From: a virus
Reading direction: 5' to 3' (one strand)
Length of the DNA: 64,000 nt
Virus record (IMG/VR): IMGVR_UViG_3300030390_000715
Coordinates: 1 to 64,000 of that record
In this document: positions 10,333-19,924 of the stretch, in pieces
Layout of the letters: each line of letters opens with the position of its first letter
Position numbering within the stretch: the first letter of the stretch is position 1
The notes under the pieces: generated by a model
Database searches by the model: none
Told to the model about the DNA's origin: nothing
What the model saw: only the letters and a program-made list of their open reading frames with translations
Translations under genes and position numbers: made by a program

Positions 10333-10788
10333 CTATATCAAAAGTTCATCATAATCAGCTTCGTACAATGGCACATCTTTCTTTGACTGATAGCGTGTAA
10401 CTGTATAGATGTCTGTCACTCTATTCAGATGCTCGGCACACCAATCATCTATCGTCCCGTGATTTAAAGCGAACACATGATTGCATGTGAATACTAAATG
10501 TCTGCCGGTCGACAATGACTCGGGCAATGATCGTGCTGTCCAGCGATGATCCATTATGTTAGAATCAAATCTAGAACTAGTCACCTTCACTCCGAGCGAT
10601 CTTGCGGCTCTCACTATATCCATTCTATGAGCCGAACAACTATGTTTTCGCCCTTGTCTCTTTAAAGCAACGAAAGCTGTTATAATGTCTACATTACATG
10701 TTTTCGCAACGGCTTGCACTGAACAATTGTTGTAATCATTATAGGCTTTACTTCTAAGATTGTCTCGTTCTCGTTGTTTTGGAGTCAT
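10333..10788 (-). CDS. Hypothetical protein, possible Cys-His-Asp (papain/C39-like) fold
   Basis: NNCSVQAVA...NHVFAL...IDDW; has its own sigma70 promoter at 10820-10847 on the - strand. Confidence 0.55.
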   Translation of the reverse strand: MTPKQRERDNLRSKAYNDYNNCSVQAVAKTCNVDIITAFVALKRQGRKHSCSAHRMDIVRAARSLGVKVTSSRFDSNIMDHRWTARSLPESLSTGRHLVFTCNHVFALNHGTIDDWCAEHLNRVTDIYTVTRYQSKKDVPLYEADYDELLI

Positions 10789-10795
10789 ATAATTA

Positions 10796-10847
10796 CTCTT
10801 TCTTGGTTAATGAAGTACTATTATATCACATCGAAAGTTGTTGTCAA
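10796..10847 (-). promoter_or_regulatory. Early sigma70 promoter cassette
   Basis: Reverse complement reads TTGACA-N16-TATAAT-AGTACTTCATTAACCAAGAAAGAG. Confidence 0.8.
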
Positions 10848-10851
10848 CCGT

Positions 10852-10859
10852 TATAAATA
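10852..10859 (+). promoter_or_regulatory. T4-type late promoter for gp3
   Basis: TATAAATA. Confidence 0.75.
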
Positions 10860-10884
10860 AGTCTATATAACTCGGAATGATACT

Positions 10885-11394
10885 ATGACTACTAACACTG
10901 ATTTTACTTGCGACCCAAACTATCTCACAGCCAATCAATTCAAATTGGTAATTTCACGTAAAGATTATCCTGCCATTTCATTCTTCGCACAGCAAGTTAT
11001 GCATCCAAGCGTAGAGTTGGGCGAAGCTGATCTTGGATTTCCAAGAACGGCTCTAACTATGCCGGGTGACGTTCTGACATTCGGTACGTTATCGATGGAC
11101 ATTCTACTAGACGAAAAGATGGTTGTCTATGAAGAGATGTTTCAATGGATGAAACGTGTTGTCGAAACCAAAAATTCACCTAATACTGGATCGCTATATA
11201 ATAGTGAGACCGCTAGCCAGTACGCAGATATTCAATTACTTGTATTAACAAGCTCAAACAATGCTAGTAGGTCATTTAAGTATGTGAACGCATATCCTAT
11301 TTCATTAGGTGACATTACGTTTACAGCTACGAGTGACGGAGCGTTCATAACATTCCCGATCTCATTTAGATATGATTATTTTGATTTTGAATAA
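10885..11394 (+). CDS. 3: Tail completion/tube terminator gp3
   Basis: NYLTANQFKL, LDEKMVVYEEMFQW, YPISLG; synteny gp23-gp3-uvsY. Confidence 0.85.
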   Translation: MTTNTDFTCDPNYLTANQFKLVISRKDYPAISFFAQQVMHPSVELGEADLGFPRTALTMPGDVLTFGTLSMDILLDEKMVVYEEMFQWMKRVVETKNSPNTGSLYNSETASQYADIQLLVLTSSNNASRSFKYVNAYPISLGDITFTATSDGAFITFPISFRYDYFDFE

Positions 11395-11408
11395 CAAGGT
11401 GGAATATT

Positions 11409-11852
11409 ATGGATTTACAAGCAATACTAGCAGACTGGAAAAAAGACTGCGAAATTGAATTTAACGCATTAGATGTAGCCTCTGTGGAGACACCCAGACT
11501 TCACTCCAAATATCTTACCATGCTGTCAGACTCTAGACTTAAATTAAAAGATTTAGAATTTAGACAGAAACACTTATTGAAAGACAAGTGGCAATGGTAT
11601 CACGGTAAAATGTCTCAAGAAGAAATCGAGAAGAAGGGTTGGAATCCTGATCCTTTTAATGGTCTTCGTGTACTAAAAGGGGAGATGGATTACTACTACA
11701 ATAGCGATCCAGAAATCATGAAGAGCGAAGCGCGTATCTTATTGCAGAAAGAAGGTTGCGATGTCCTAAAAGAAATACTCGAAAACATAAAATGGCGACA
11801 CCAAACAATTGGTAACGCTATTCGCTGGAAACAGTTTGAGGCAGGATTCTAG
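11409..11852 (+). CDS. uvsY: Recombination mediator UvsY
   Basis: PRLHSKYL, WYHGK, IGNAIRWKQFEAG. Confidence 0.88.
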   Translation: MDLQAILADWKKDCEIEFNALDVASVETPRLHSKYLTMLSDSRLKLKDLEFRQKHLLKDKWQWYHGKMSQEEIEKKGWNPDPFNGLRVLKGEMDYYYNSDPEIMKSEARILLQKEGCDVLKEILENIKWRHQTIGNAIRWKQFEAGF

Positions 11853-12052
11853 TGGGCATGGAGTACGACGAGAGCGGCGAAAAACCGAGGGATAAGTTTT
11901 TGCTAGATAATGCTAGAGATCATATCGATTATTGTATTGATCGGGGCTATCTCGATCCGAATCTTCGTGAAGTGACGATCTCAAAGTATTACGACAAACT
12001 AGAAAAAGACGCTAAGAAGAACAGGGAACTTTTGAAAAATGCAGGTAATTAG
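11852..12052 (+). CDS. Hypothetical protein
   Basis: 66-aa ORF coupled between uvsY and uvsW. Confidence 0.5.
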   Translation: MGMEYDESGEKPRDKFLLDNARDHIDYCIDRGYLDPNLREVTISKYYDKLEKDAKKNRELLKNAGN

Positions 12053-13514
12053 ACTCAAAATGAAAGACTATGCATATCTACAATTAGTAGAGTGCGAGCC
12101 TGGCATTGTACAAGAGTTGAACGAGTATTTTTGTTTCGAAGTCCCGGGTGCTAAGTTCATGCCCGCGGTTCGTGCCAAAAGATGGGATGGTAAAGTCAGA
12201 CTTTTAAATAAACTGACTGGTGAGATTAATGCGGGTTTATACTACGCGATCAAGAAATTTGCGATGCAACGAGGGTATGGCATCAAGGTGGAAGAAGGAC
12301 CATTCGGTTTCCCGTACTCTACCAACAAACTCAATCATGTAGAGACTATGAATTGGATGGATACTTTGAATCTTCCGTTCAAACCTCGCGACTATCAGTA
12401 TGATGCGATAACACATGCAATTCAATATAAACGATGTGTTCTTATATCACCGACTGGTTCAGGTAAGTCTTTTATAATCTATTTGCTTATGCAATGGTAT
12501 CTTAAAAATCACGATGAAAAAATTCTTGTCATTGTTCCTACTACGTCTTTGGTTGAGCAGATGTACGCTGATTTTAAATCGTACGGAATGGACGTTGACA
12601 ATGAGGTTCATAAGATATACTCTGGTAAAGACAAACAGACAGATAAGCGCATTATTGTGACAACTTGGCAATCTATCTATAAATTGCATCCTGTTTGGTT
12701 CAATGATTATGGTGCTATATTTGGCGATGAAGTCCACGGCTTTAAATCTAAGTCACTATCATCGATCATGAATAAATCAAAAAATGCTGAATATCGGTGG
12801 GGAACTACGGGCACATTAGACGGTACGCAAGTACATAAATTAGTGCTAGAGGGGCTATTCGGACCAGTGCATAGAGTAACAACCACTCACGCACTCCAAA
12901 AGAATAAAACACTCGCTGAATTAAGTATAGATATAATACTATTGAAATACAGCGAAGAATACTGTAAACTGACAGAAGGAAGAACTTATCAAGAAGAAAT
13001 TGATTTTATCGTATCTTACGAAAAGCGGAACAAGTTTATCGCGAATCTGGCAATCGCTCAGAAAGGAAACACTCTCGTTCTATTCAATCTGGTTGATAGG
13101 CATGGCAAAGTCCTTCGGGATATAATTGAAAGTAAACTGAAAGAGGGTCAAAGATTATTTTATGTTAGCGGCGAAACTAATACAACTGATAGAGAACATA
13201 TCCGTAATATTGTTGATAAGCATCCTAATTCTATTATCGTCGCTTCTCTTGGTACCTTTTCTACTGGTATTAACATTAGAAATTTGCATAATATTATATT
13301 CGCGAGTCCGAGCAAATCCCAAATACGTGTGCTACAGTCTATTGGACGAGGTTTAAGGCAAAGTGATGACGGTACAACTGCTAAGTTATATGACATTGCA
13401 GATGATTTACATTTAGAAAAGAAAGCAAACTTTACGCTTCGCCATAGTGCAGAAAGAATTAAGATATATAAAGCAGAGCAATTTGAATATAAGATAACTC
13501 AGGTAGATATATAA
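12039..13514 (+). CDS. uvsW: DNA helicase UvsW
   Basis: SPTGSGKS, DEVH, TTGT, QSIGRGLR. Confidence 0.95.
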   Translation: MQVIRLKMKDYAYLQLVECEPGIVQELNEYFCFEVPGAKFMPAVRAKRWDGKVRLLNKLTGEINAGLYYAIKKFAMQRGYGIKVEEGPFGFPYSTNKLNHVETMNWMDTLNLPFKPRDYQYDAITHAIQYKRCVLISPTGSGKSFIIYLLMQWYLKNHDEKILVIVPTTSLVEQMYADFKSYGMDVDNEVHKIYSGKDKQTDKRIIVTTWQSIYKLHPVWFNDYGAIFGDEVHGFKSKSLSSIMNKSKNAEYRWGTTGTLDGTQVHKLVLEGLFGPVHRVTTTHALQKNKTLAELSIDIILLKYSEEYCKLTEGRTYQEEIDFIVSYEKRNKFIANLAIAQKGNTLVLFNLVDRHGKVLRDIIESKLKEGQRLFYVSGETNTTDREHIRNIVDKHPNSIIVASLGTFSTGINIRNLHNIIFASPSKSQIRVLQSIGRGLRQSDDGTTAKLYDIADDLHLEKKANFTLRHSAERIKIYKAEQFEYKITQVDI

Positions 13515-13981
13515 TGATAGAAAATCCAGACATAGCACAATTTAAACTAGTCAATGGTAATGAAGTCGTATGCGAAGTAGTAGAATGGAGTAATGATAAT
13601 CAACCTGATATGATTGTCAGAAATGCTATGCAAGTGGTTGGTGGTTATGATGCAGAAACAGATGAAGCATTCTTTATATTTCGACCATGGTGTAGTTTTG
13701 TAGAATCACATTCTGAATTGATTGTTCTTAACTCGGCACATATTCTTTCTACTAATAAGGTCAATAGAGGTCTTTTCATTGAATGGTCGCAGGCTGTTAT
13801 CTCCATGCACAAAAATGCTCTTGATCGTCAACACCAGTTTGCGCGTGAAGATGCTCGAATGCAGGCTCACTTAGAAAAAACTCTTATGGAGATGTCCGAA
13901 GAAAAAACAAGCGTAGATGCTGGAGTGTCAACGACCAACGTCCTAAGCTTTCCTAATAAAGACACTGAAACAATTCATTGA
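13514..13981 (+). CDS. Conserved T4-like hypothetical protein (Sm-like N-terminus)
   Basis: QFKLVNGNEVVCEV...FRPW; usual position after uvsW. Confidence 0.6.
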   Translation: MIENPDIAQFKLVNGNEVVCEVVEWSNDNQPDMIVRNAMQVVGGYDAETDEAFFIFRPWCSFVESHSELIVLNSAHILSTNKVNRGLFIEWSQAVISMHKNALDRQHQFAREDARMQAHLEKTLMEMSEEKTSVDAGVSTTNVLSFPNKDTETIH

Positions 13982-14003
13982 TGCGCTAAAAACTTCTAAG
14001 TGC

Positions 14004-14032
14004 ATTATAACAGGCTACCCTGTGGCTGTCAA
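14004..14032 (-). promoter_or_regulatory. Perfect sigma70 promoter pointing antisense into 13514..13981 and uvsW
   Basis: Reverse complement reads TTGACA-gccacagggtagcctgt-TATAAT (17-nt spacer). Confidence 0.65.
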
Positions 14033-14085
14033 GCTTTATTTTCGATTTATTTTAATTAAATTGCAGTAGCTTCAAAAAAAAAAGC

Positions 14086-14137
14086 TTGACAATCTTTCTA
14101 TTTGTGGTATAATAGTACTTCATTAACCAAGAAAGAG
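14086..14137 (+). promoter_or_regulatory. Early sigma70 promoter cassette
   Basis: TTGACA-N16-TATAAT-AGTACTTCATTAACCAAGAAAGAG. Confidence 0.8.
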
Positions 14138-14147
14138 AAATTATATT

Positions 14148-14513
14148 ATGAACACTTTCCTTAAAGAGAACTTCGAATATAGCGGTGGTTACCTAATGTA
14201 CAAAGGACCATATGATGGTCAGAAGACTTACGGCGAAACTCTTGGAATAGAGTCGTGTCATCCAACTATGAAAGATATTCCGATGCCTTTGTTCGTTGCT
14301 CGATTCAAGCATCCCGGACCAATCACTAAAGCAGTATTTCAAAAAGAGTTGATCGGTTCTTATATGACTGTAGAGCGATATGCTGAACAGATGGCTGATC
14401 GTAAAACACCAGTCGACATTCTTCGCACCAACAGCCCTAACTGGTACGAAGTTGTCATGAACAAGTGGAAATTAAAGCATGGTATATCTTTGGATTATAA
14501 TACCCGATCTTGA
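14148..14513 (+). CDS. Hypothetical early protein
   Basis: 121-aa ORF downstream of the promoter. Confidence 0.65.
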   Translation: MNTFLKENFEYSGGYLMYKGPYDGQKTYGETLGIESCHPTMKDIPMPLFVARFKHPGPITKAVFQKELIGSYMTVERYAEQMADRKTPVDILRTNSPNWYEVVMNKWKLKHGISLDYNTRS

Positions 14514-14579
14514 ATTAAAAAATAGCTTGACAAAACCCTAAGTGTCGTGTATGCTTAGGGATATTAAATAAATTGAAGG

Positions 14580-14960
14580 ATGAAGTATATGCAACTGGAC
14601 CTACAAGCAGGATCAGAGATAAACGGTAGAGTATTAGATACGATGGATGAAGACCAACTAGGTACATTCATTGACTTTCTTGCATCAGGTAACCACACCG
14701 ACGCAAAAGTGAGGGAAGAACTAGAAACCCTTTTTGCGCCCTCGCCTATCTGGTCAGATAAATTAGACGAAGAAGATGATCGAACGTGGGTGTTGTGTTT
14801 TCTCAGTCATTCATCGCCCGAAGAGACTGATCATACTGGTTGGGTATGCAATTCGAATTCTGATGGATATAAGGAGCATCGTCAAACATGGCAGTGGCCA
14901 TACGCCACACCCATTGACTTGAATCTGCGGTATTCCCACGTGGTGCGTTGTTGTTTATGA
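14580..14960 (+). CDS. Hypothetical protein
   Basis: 126-aa ORF; TTGACA..TATGCT promoter upstream at ~14527. Confidence 0.6.
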   Translation: MKYMQLDLQAGSEINGRVLDTMDEDQLGTFIDFLASGNHTDAKVREELETLFAPSPIWSDKLDEEDDRTWVLCFLSHSSPEETDHTGWVCNSNSDGYKEHRQTWQWPYATPIDLNLRYSHVVRCCL

Positions 14961-15385
14961 GTAGAATTAAAATGAAAGTGGGGTTTACATGTTCAGCCTT
15001 TGACCTTCTTCACGCGGGTCATGTTCAGATGCTTCGTGCGGCAAAAGAGCAATGTGACTATTTAATAGTAGGTCTTCAGATTGATCCAAGTACTGATCGA
15101 GTAGGCAAGAATTCGCCTGTTCAATCTATTGTTGAGCGTTACACCCAACTTCATGCATGTAAGTATGTAGACGAGATTGTGCCGTATGGTAATGAGTCTG
15201 ACCTTACCGACATTCTTTCTATGTTTGATATTGATGTGCGAATACTAGGTGAAGAATATAAGACCCAAGACTTCACTGGTAGAGATATCTGTAGGGCTCG
15301 AAATATTGAGGTATATTTCAACGAGCGTTCTCATAGATTTTCTACGTCAAACCTTCGAAATAGAGTGAAAGAAGAATTGCCATAA
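14957..15385 (+). CDS. Glycerol-3-phosphate cytidylyltransferase-like (TagD family)
   Basis: FDLLHAGH, YVDEI, RSHRFSTS motifs. Confidence 0.85.
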   Translation: MSRIKMKVGFTCSAFDLLHAGHVQMLRAAKEQCDYLIVGLQIDPSTDRVGKNSPVQSIVERYTQLHACKYVDEIVPYGNESDLTDILSMFDIDVRILGEEYKTQDFTGRDICRARNIEVYFNERSHRFSTSNLRNRVKEELP

Positions 15386-15456
15386 TCGAAAACCACTTGA
15401 CTTTAAGAATTAAACCTGTTATAATACCGTATAACTTAAAATAAAGATGGAACGAT

Positions 15457-16089
15457 ATGCCAAAGTCTAAAACTACAGCTAAAGTTAAACCTAAAGATAA
15501 GCCGCATTACGTAAACAACGCACAGTTTTCCCAAGCTGTAGTTGACTATGTGACTGATAAACATGACCGAGTAGCACGTGGCGAGAAAGCGCCAATCGTG
15601 ACTAACTATATCGCTTCTTGTTTTCTTAAAATATGCGAAGGTCTATCCCATAAATCCAACTTCGTTCGATACACTTATCGCGATGAAATGGTCATGGATG
15701 CTGTAGAGAATTGTCTGAAGGCTATCGAGAATTATAATCTTGAGTTTGCTACGCGTACAGGCAAGCCTAATGCATTCGCATATTTTACTCAGATATCTTG
15801 GTACGCCTTTCTTAGACGTATCGAAAAGGAAAAGAAACAGCAGGATATTAAAGTGCGGTATCTGGCTGAGTCTGGGTTGTCTGATTTGGTGAGCAACGAG
15901 GGCGACGAGCAATCTAATCAGCAAGCGCAAGCCTTTGTGGATTCACTCAGAGATCGGGTTGATTATGTCAGAACAAACGATAGGTTGATAAGCGAATATA
16001 AAAAGAGTGAGAAGAAAGCGAAGCGCAGAAGTCGCTCGGTCGATTCTGATCTAACAGGTTTTCTCTTGGGTGAAGAGGACCGGTCATGA
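15457..16089 (+). CDS. 55: Late-transcription sigma factor gp55
   Basis: HYVNN, NFVRYTYRDEMVMDAVENC, NAFAYFTQI. Confidence 0.93.
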   Translation: MPKSKTTAKVKPKDKPHYVNNAQFSQAVVDYVTDKHDRVARGEKAPIVTNYIASCFLKICEGLSHKSNFVRYTYRDEMVMDAVENCLKAIENYNLEFATRTGKPNAFAYFTQISWYAFLRRIEKEKKQQDIKVRYLAESGLSDLVSNEGDEQSNQQAQAFVDSLRDRVDYVRTNDRLISEYKKSEKKAKRRSRSVDSDLTGFLLGEEDRS

Positions 16090-17162
16090 AGATTGCTTTT
16101 CTAAATGATACGCATTGCGGTGTGCGAAATTCTTCTGACATATTCATGGAATATCAAGAGGCGTTCTATAGAGACATATTCTTTCCATATTTGAAAAAGC
16201 ATAATATCACTAAGATCGTCCATCTAGGCGATTACTATGAAAATCGAAAGTTCATTAACTTCAAGGCTCTTGAACATAACAGACAGATATTCCTTGAGAA
16301 GCTTCGAGAGTATGGTATTCATATGGATATTATACCTGGCAATCATGATGTCTACTATAAGAATACCAACGATCTCAATTCTTTAAAAGAACTTCTTGGT
16401 CACTATATGACTGAAGTTCGAATTATTGAGAAACCCACGGTCGTTAATTATGATGGTCTAGACATCGCTATGGTGCCTTGGATCAACCAAGAAAATGAAG
16501 CTAGGACTATAGAATTTCTTACTAACTGCAAAGCTAGTTATGTTGGCGCGCATTTAGAGTTAGAAGGATTCGAAATGTCTGCGGGCATTCCATGCTCCCA
16601 CGGTCAAATTCCAGCATCATTGTTTGATAGATTCGAGATGGTTTTATCAGGACACTTTCACACAAAATCGCAACAAGGAGCAATTCATTATCTAGGTTCT
16701 CAGTACGAGTTTTTCTGGAGTGACGCGCACGATCCTAAATACTTCCATGTATTAGACACTGACACTCGCGAGTTAACACCTGTACATAATCCTTTGACAA
16801 TATACGAAAGAGTCTACTACGACGATTTGCAGGAGAAAGCTGAATTCAAGTATAGCGTAGGTCAATTGCCTGACGTGGATAAGAAGTTCGTAAAGTTGAT
16901 TGTTCTTAATAAATCTAATCCTAAGTTGTTCGAGAGATTTGTTGATCGTCTACAGATGAAGCGAATACATGAGTTAAAGATTGCAGAAAACTTCTCGGAG
17001 TTTGTAGGAGAGAATGTTGAAGATGATAAAATAACGGTTGACACTACCGAAGAATTACTGTATACTTACATAGACAACGTAGATACGGTACTAGATAAAA
17101 ATCGTATTAAATCGGAAGTGCGACAATTAATGATTGAAGCCCAGACATTGGAGATAGCGTAA
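16086..17162 (+). CDS. 47: Recombination endonuclease subunit gp47 (Mre11/SbcD-like)
   Basis: DTHCG, HLGD, GNHD, SGHFH. Confidence 0.93.
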   Translation: MKIAFLNDTHCGVRNSSDIFMEYQEAFYRDIFFPYLKKHNITKIVHLGDYYENRKFINFKALEHNRQIFLEKLREYGIHMDIIPGNHDVYYKNTNDLNSLKELLGHYMTEVRIIEKPTVVNYDGLDIAMVPWINQENEARTIEFLTNCKASYVGAHLELEGFEMSAGIPCSHGQIPASLFDRFEMVLSGHFHTKSQQGAIHYLGSQYEFFWSDAHDPKYFHVLDTDTRELTPVHNPLTIYERVYYDDLQEKAEFKYSVGQLPDVDKKFVKLIVLNKSNPKLFERFVDRLQMKRIHELKIAENFSEFVGENVEDDKITVDTTEELLYTYIDNVDTVLDKNRIKSEVRQLMIEAQTLEIA

Positions 17163-18868
17163 TTATAGTCTTTCAGAAACTCAGATACAAGAATTTTCTC
17201 AGTACCGGTGATAATTTCACAGAGGTAGAGTTAAATCGATCACGATCTACTTTAGTAGTTGGACAAAATGGTGCAGGCAAGTCCACAATGCTTGATGCGC
17301 TATCATTTGGGCTGTTCGGTAAAGCGCATAGGTCTATCACAAAGAATCAATTGATCAATTCTATTAACAATGGTAAGACTGAGGTTGAAGTAGAGTTCGC
17401 TGTTGGAAGTGCCCACTATAAGATTCATCGTGGTATTAAGCCTAACACGTTCGAGATATGGAAAGATGGTGTACTTGTTAACCAAGACAGCCATAGTAAA
17501 GAATATCAATCTGTACTTGAAAAGAATATTCTCAAACTCAATCATAAGTCGTTTCACCAGATTGTAGTGCTTGGTTCATCATCGTTTGTTCCATTTATGC
17601 AGTTACCAGCACAACACCGAAGAGATGTGATTGAGGATTTGCTTGACATTAACGTATTCTCTAAAATGAATGGTATTCTGAAAGAGCGTATGTCGGTACT
17701 TCGTGAGACTTCACGAACTAATCAGGTGCAGTTAGAACTGGTCCGCGATAAGATAAAGAATCAAGAGCGTTATGTTGTCAAGATTCAGAAGATGGCTAAC
17801 GAACATAAAGCTAGTAAACAGAAAGAGATTGATGACGTATTAAAGCAGATCAGTGGTGCTATAGAGAATGATATCGGCAATCTTAAATCCTCGCTATCTT
17901 CACTCGAACATGAAATGAAAACATTAGATGATAAGATACGCGGTATCGAAAAGTTCGATCACCAGTATGCTGTAAAGCAAAAAGAATTAAATAAAGAAAT
18001 TAAATTTTATGAAAATAACCAAATCTGTCCCACCTGTGACCAAGACATTGACGAAGGACTTAGAACAGAGAAGACGGAATGCGCTCAAGGAAAACACGAT
18101 AAGCTCCAAGAAGGAAGAACGAAAGTCGTCCTGTCACTCGGCGAATTCAACGATAAACTGCAATATTTAAAAAAGTCGCATTCAGACGTTACTGAGGTTG
18201 TTAATGCCCAGAATATACGTGACATACAATTGCAGGAGTTGAATCGCCGAGTGACGAAGCTAAGAGCAGAATTGGCTAAGTTTGACGAGCAAGAAGGTGA
18301 CATCGATCAAGCTATGTCTCAGTTAGCCGAGTATAATGCTACCAAAGATAAGATAATGGAAGATCATATCATCATTTCGGACAACGGTTCATACGGTCTT
18401 GTCATTGCAGAACTTTTAAAAGATACTGGTATTAAGACGAAGATTATTAAGCAGTACTTGCCAGTAATCAATAAGCTTGTTAATCAGTACCTACAGATAC
18501 TAGATTTTTACGTGTCGTTCGATCTTGACGATACTTTTAAGGAGACAATAAAATCTCGCCACCGTGATATGTTTTCGTATGATTCATTCTCCGAAGGTGA
18601 GAAACAAAGAATTGATCTGGCATTATTATTCACTTGGCGCATGATCGCTAAGATGAAAAATAGTGTTGCAACTAACTTACTAATCCTCGATGAAACATTC
18701 GATAGTAGCTTGGATGCTGATGGGGTAGATAACCTCACTAAGATCATTGGTAGCATGGACGAAGATTCAAGCGTTTTTGTTATCAGCCACAAAGGTGCAA
18801 TCTTAGATCAGTATTTTGACAATAAGATCGAGTTTGTTAAAGATAAAAACTTTAGTAAAATAGCTTGA
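17162..18868 (+). CDS. 46: Recombination ATPase gp46 (Rad50/SbcC-like); start inferred at ATT 17162
   Basis: In-frame IIVFQKLRYKNFLSTG...GQNGAGKST lies upstream of ATG 17288; CPTC hook, FSEGEK, LDE. Confidence 0.9.
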   Translation: MIVFQKLRYKNFLSTGDNFTEVELNRSRSTLVVGQNGAGKSTMLDALSFGLFGKAHRSITKNQLINSINNGKTEVEVEFAVGSAHYKIHRGIKPNTFEIWKDGVLVNQDSHSKEYQSVLEKNILKLNHKSFHQIVVLGSSSFVPFMQLPAQHRRDVIEDLLDINVFSKMNGILKERMSVLRETSRTNQVQLELVRDKIKNQERYVVKIQKMANEHKASKQKEIDDVLKQISGAIENDIGNLKSSLSSLEHEMKTLDDKIRGIEKFDHQYAVKQKELNKEIKFYENNQICPTCDQDIDEGLRTEKTECAQGKHDKLQEGRTKVVLSLGEFNDKLQYLKKSHSDVTEVVNAQNIRDIQLQELNRRVTKLRAELAKFDEQEGDIDQAMSQLAEYNATKDKIMEDHIIISDNGSYGLVIAELLKDTGIKTKIIKQYLPVINKLVNQYLQILDFYVSFDLDDTFKETIKSRHRDMFSYDSFSEGEKQRIDLALLFTWRMIAKMKNSVATNLLILDETFDSSLDADGVDNLTKIIGSMDEDSSVFVISHKGAILDQYFDNKIEFVKDKNFSKIA

Positions 18869-18922
18869 CCTTTACTATGAATTATGTTATAATTAACCCA
18901 CAAACACAACTTGGAATATATC

Positions 18923-19600
18923 ATGGAATTAACAGAAAAGACGATGCAGGTTCTAAAGAATTACGCGTCGATTAACCCTAACATTGTTATACAAGAAGGC
19001 AATGTTCTCAAAACAATCTCCGAAGCAAAGAATGTACTAAGTTCTGTAGAGCTAGATGTAACATTTCCTAAGACTGTAGGCATATATGAACTTAATGAGT
19101 TTCTATCGGTTCTGTCTCTGGTTGATCGACCTCGACTAAAATTTGAAGATGATCACGTTCTTGTTAGCGACACCTCGGGTAGATCACGAATCAAGTACTT
19201 TTATTCTGACATTGACATGTTGACAACACCAGCAAAAGATATTGTTATGCCCGAATCACAAGTCAACTTTACTTTAGATGGTGCAACGCTATCAAGTATC
19301 AAACGTGCGGCTTCTGTACTGGGTCACGCTGAAATGTCTGTTCGCGCTGTCAATGGTGCGGTGTCTTTATCTGTTATAGATAACAATGATAAAACATCGA
19401 ATGCATATTCCATTGATGTGGACGGAACATTCGAGCAACCAGATTTCAACTTTATTTTTAACATCTCTAATCTTAAAATGATTGATGGTGATTATCAAGT
19501 CGGTATCTCGGAGAAGCTAATCTCGCATTTTGTGAACATCGAGTCTGGTGTTCAATATTGGTGCGCTCTAGAAAAAACTAGTACATACGGAGATAAGTAA
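18923..19600 (+). CDS. 45: Sliding clamp gp45
   Basis: LKNYASIN, GIYELNEFL, YWCALE; sigma70-like promoter at ~18865. Confidence 0.92.
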   Translation: MELTEKTMQVLKNYASINPNIVIQEGNVLKTISEAKNVLSSVELDVTFPKTVGIYELNEFLSVLSLVDRPRLKFEDDHVLVSDTSGRSRIKYFYSDIDMLTTPAKDIVMPESQVNFTLDGATLSSIKRAASVLGHAEMSVRAVNGAVSLSVIDNNDKTSNAYSIDVDGTFEQPDFNFIFNISNLKMIDGDYQVGISEKLISHFVNIESGVQYWCALEKTSTYGDK

Positions 19601-19809
19601 TGAGTAAGGAAAGTAATGCAGTAGAAAGTAAGGTCGAAGAATTAGTTAAGATTTGTGCGAATTCTTCGCGCTCTACTACAGCAGTAATTGATGCGCTAAC
19701 AGCACGAGGCGCATTTCGAGGCGAAGAATTATCGTCAGTAGGAAAACTACGGGACCAATGTATACATTTAGTCCAGTTGTGTGAAGAGCTTCAGGCTTCT
19801 GAAGCGTAG
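19600..19809 (+). CDS. Hypothetical protein
   Basis: 69 aa, IDALTARGAFRGEELSSVG motif. Confidence 0.6.
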   Translation: MSKESNAVESKVEELVKICANSSRSTTAVIDALTARGAFRGEELSSVGKLRDQCIHLVQLCEELQASEA

Positions 19810-19830
19810 TAATTTGTTGGGTGTACGACC

Positions 19831-19900
19831 CCTCGGACATTAGATTGCCCCCAAGCGCCTTAAATGGTTGCCCCCAAGCGTCTAATGTTCGAGGTTTTTT
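19831..19900 (+). terminator. Large hairpin with T-tract enclosing two 13-nt direct repeats
   Basis: CCTCGGACATTAGA / TCTAATGTTCGAGG arms, TTGCCCCCAAGCG x2, followed by T6. Confidence 0.55.
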
Positions 19901-19924
19901 ATATAATATATTATGAGGTAATAC

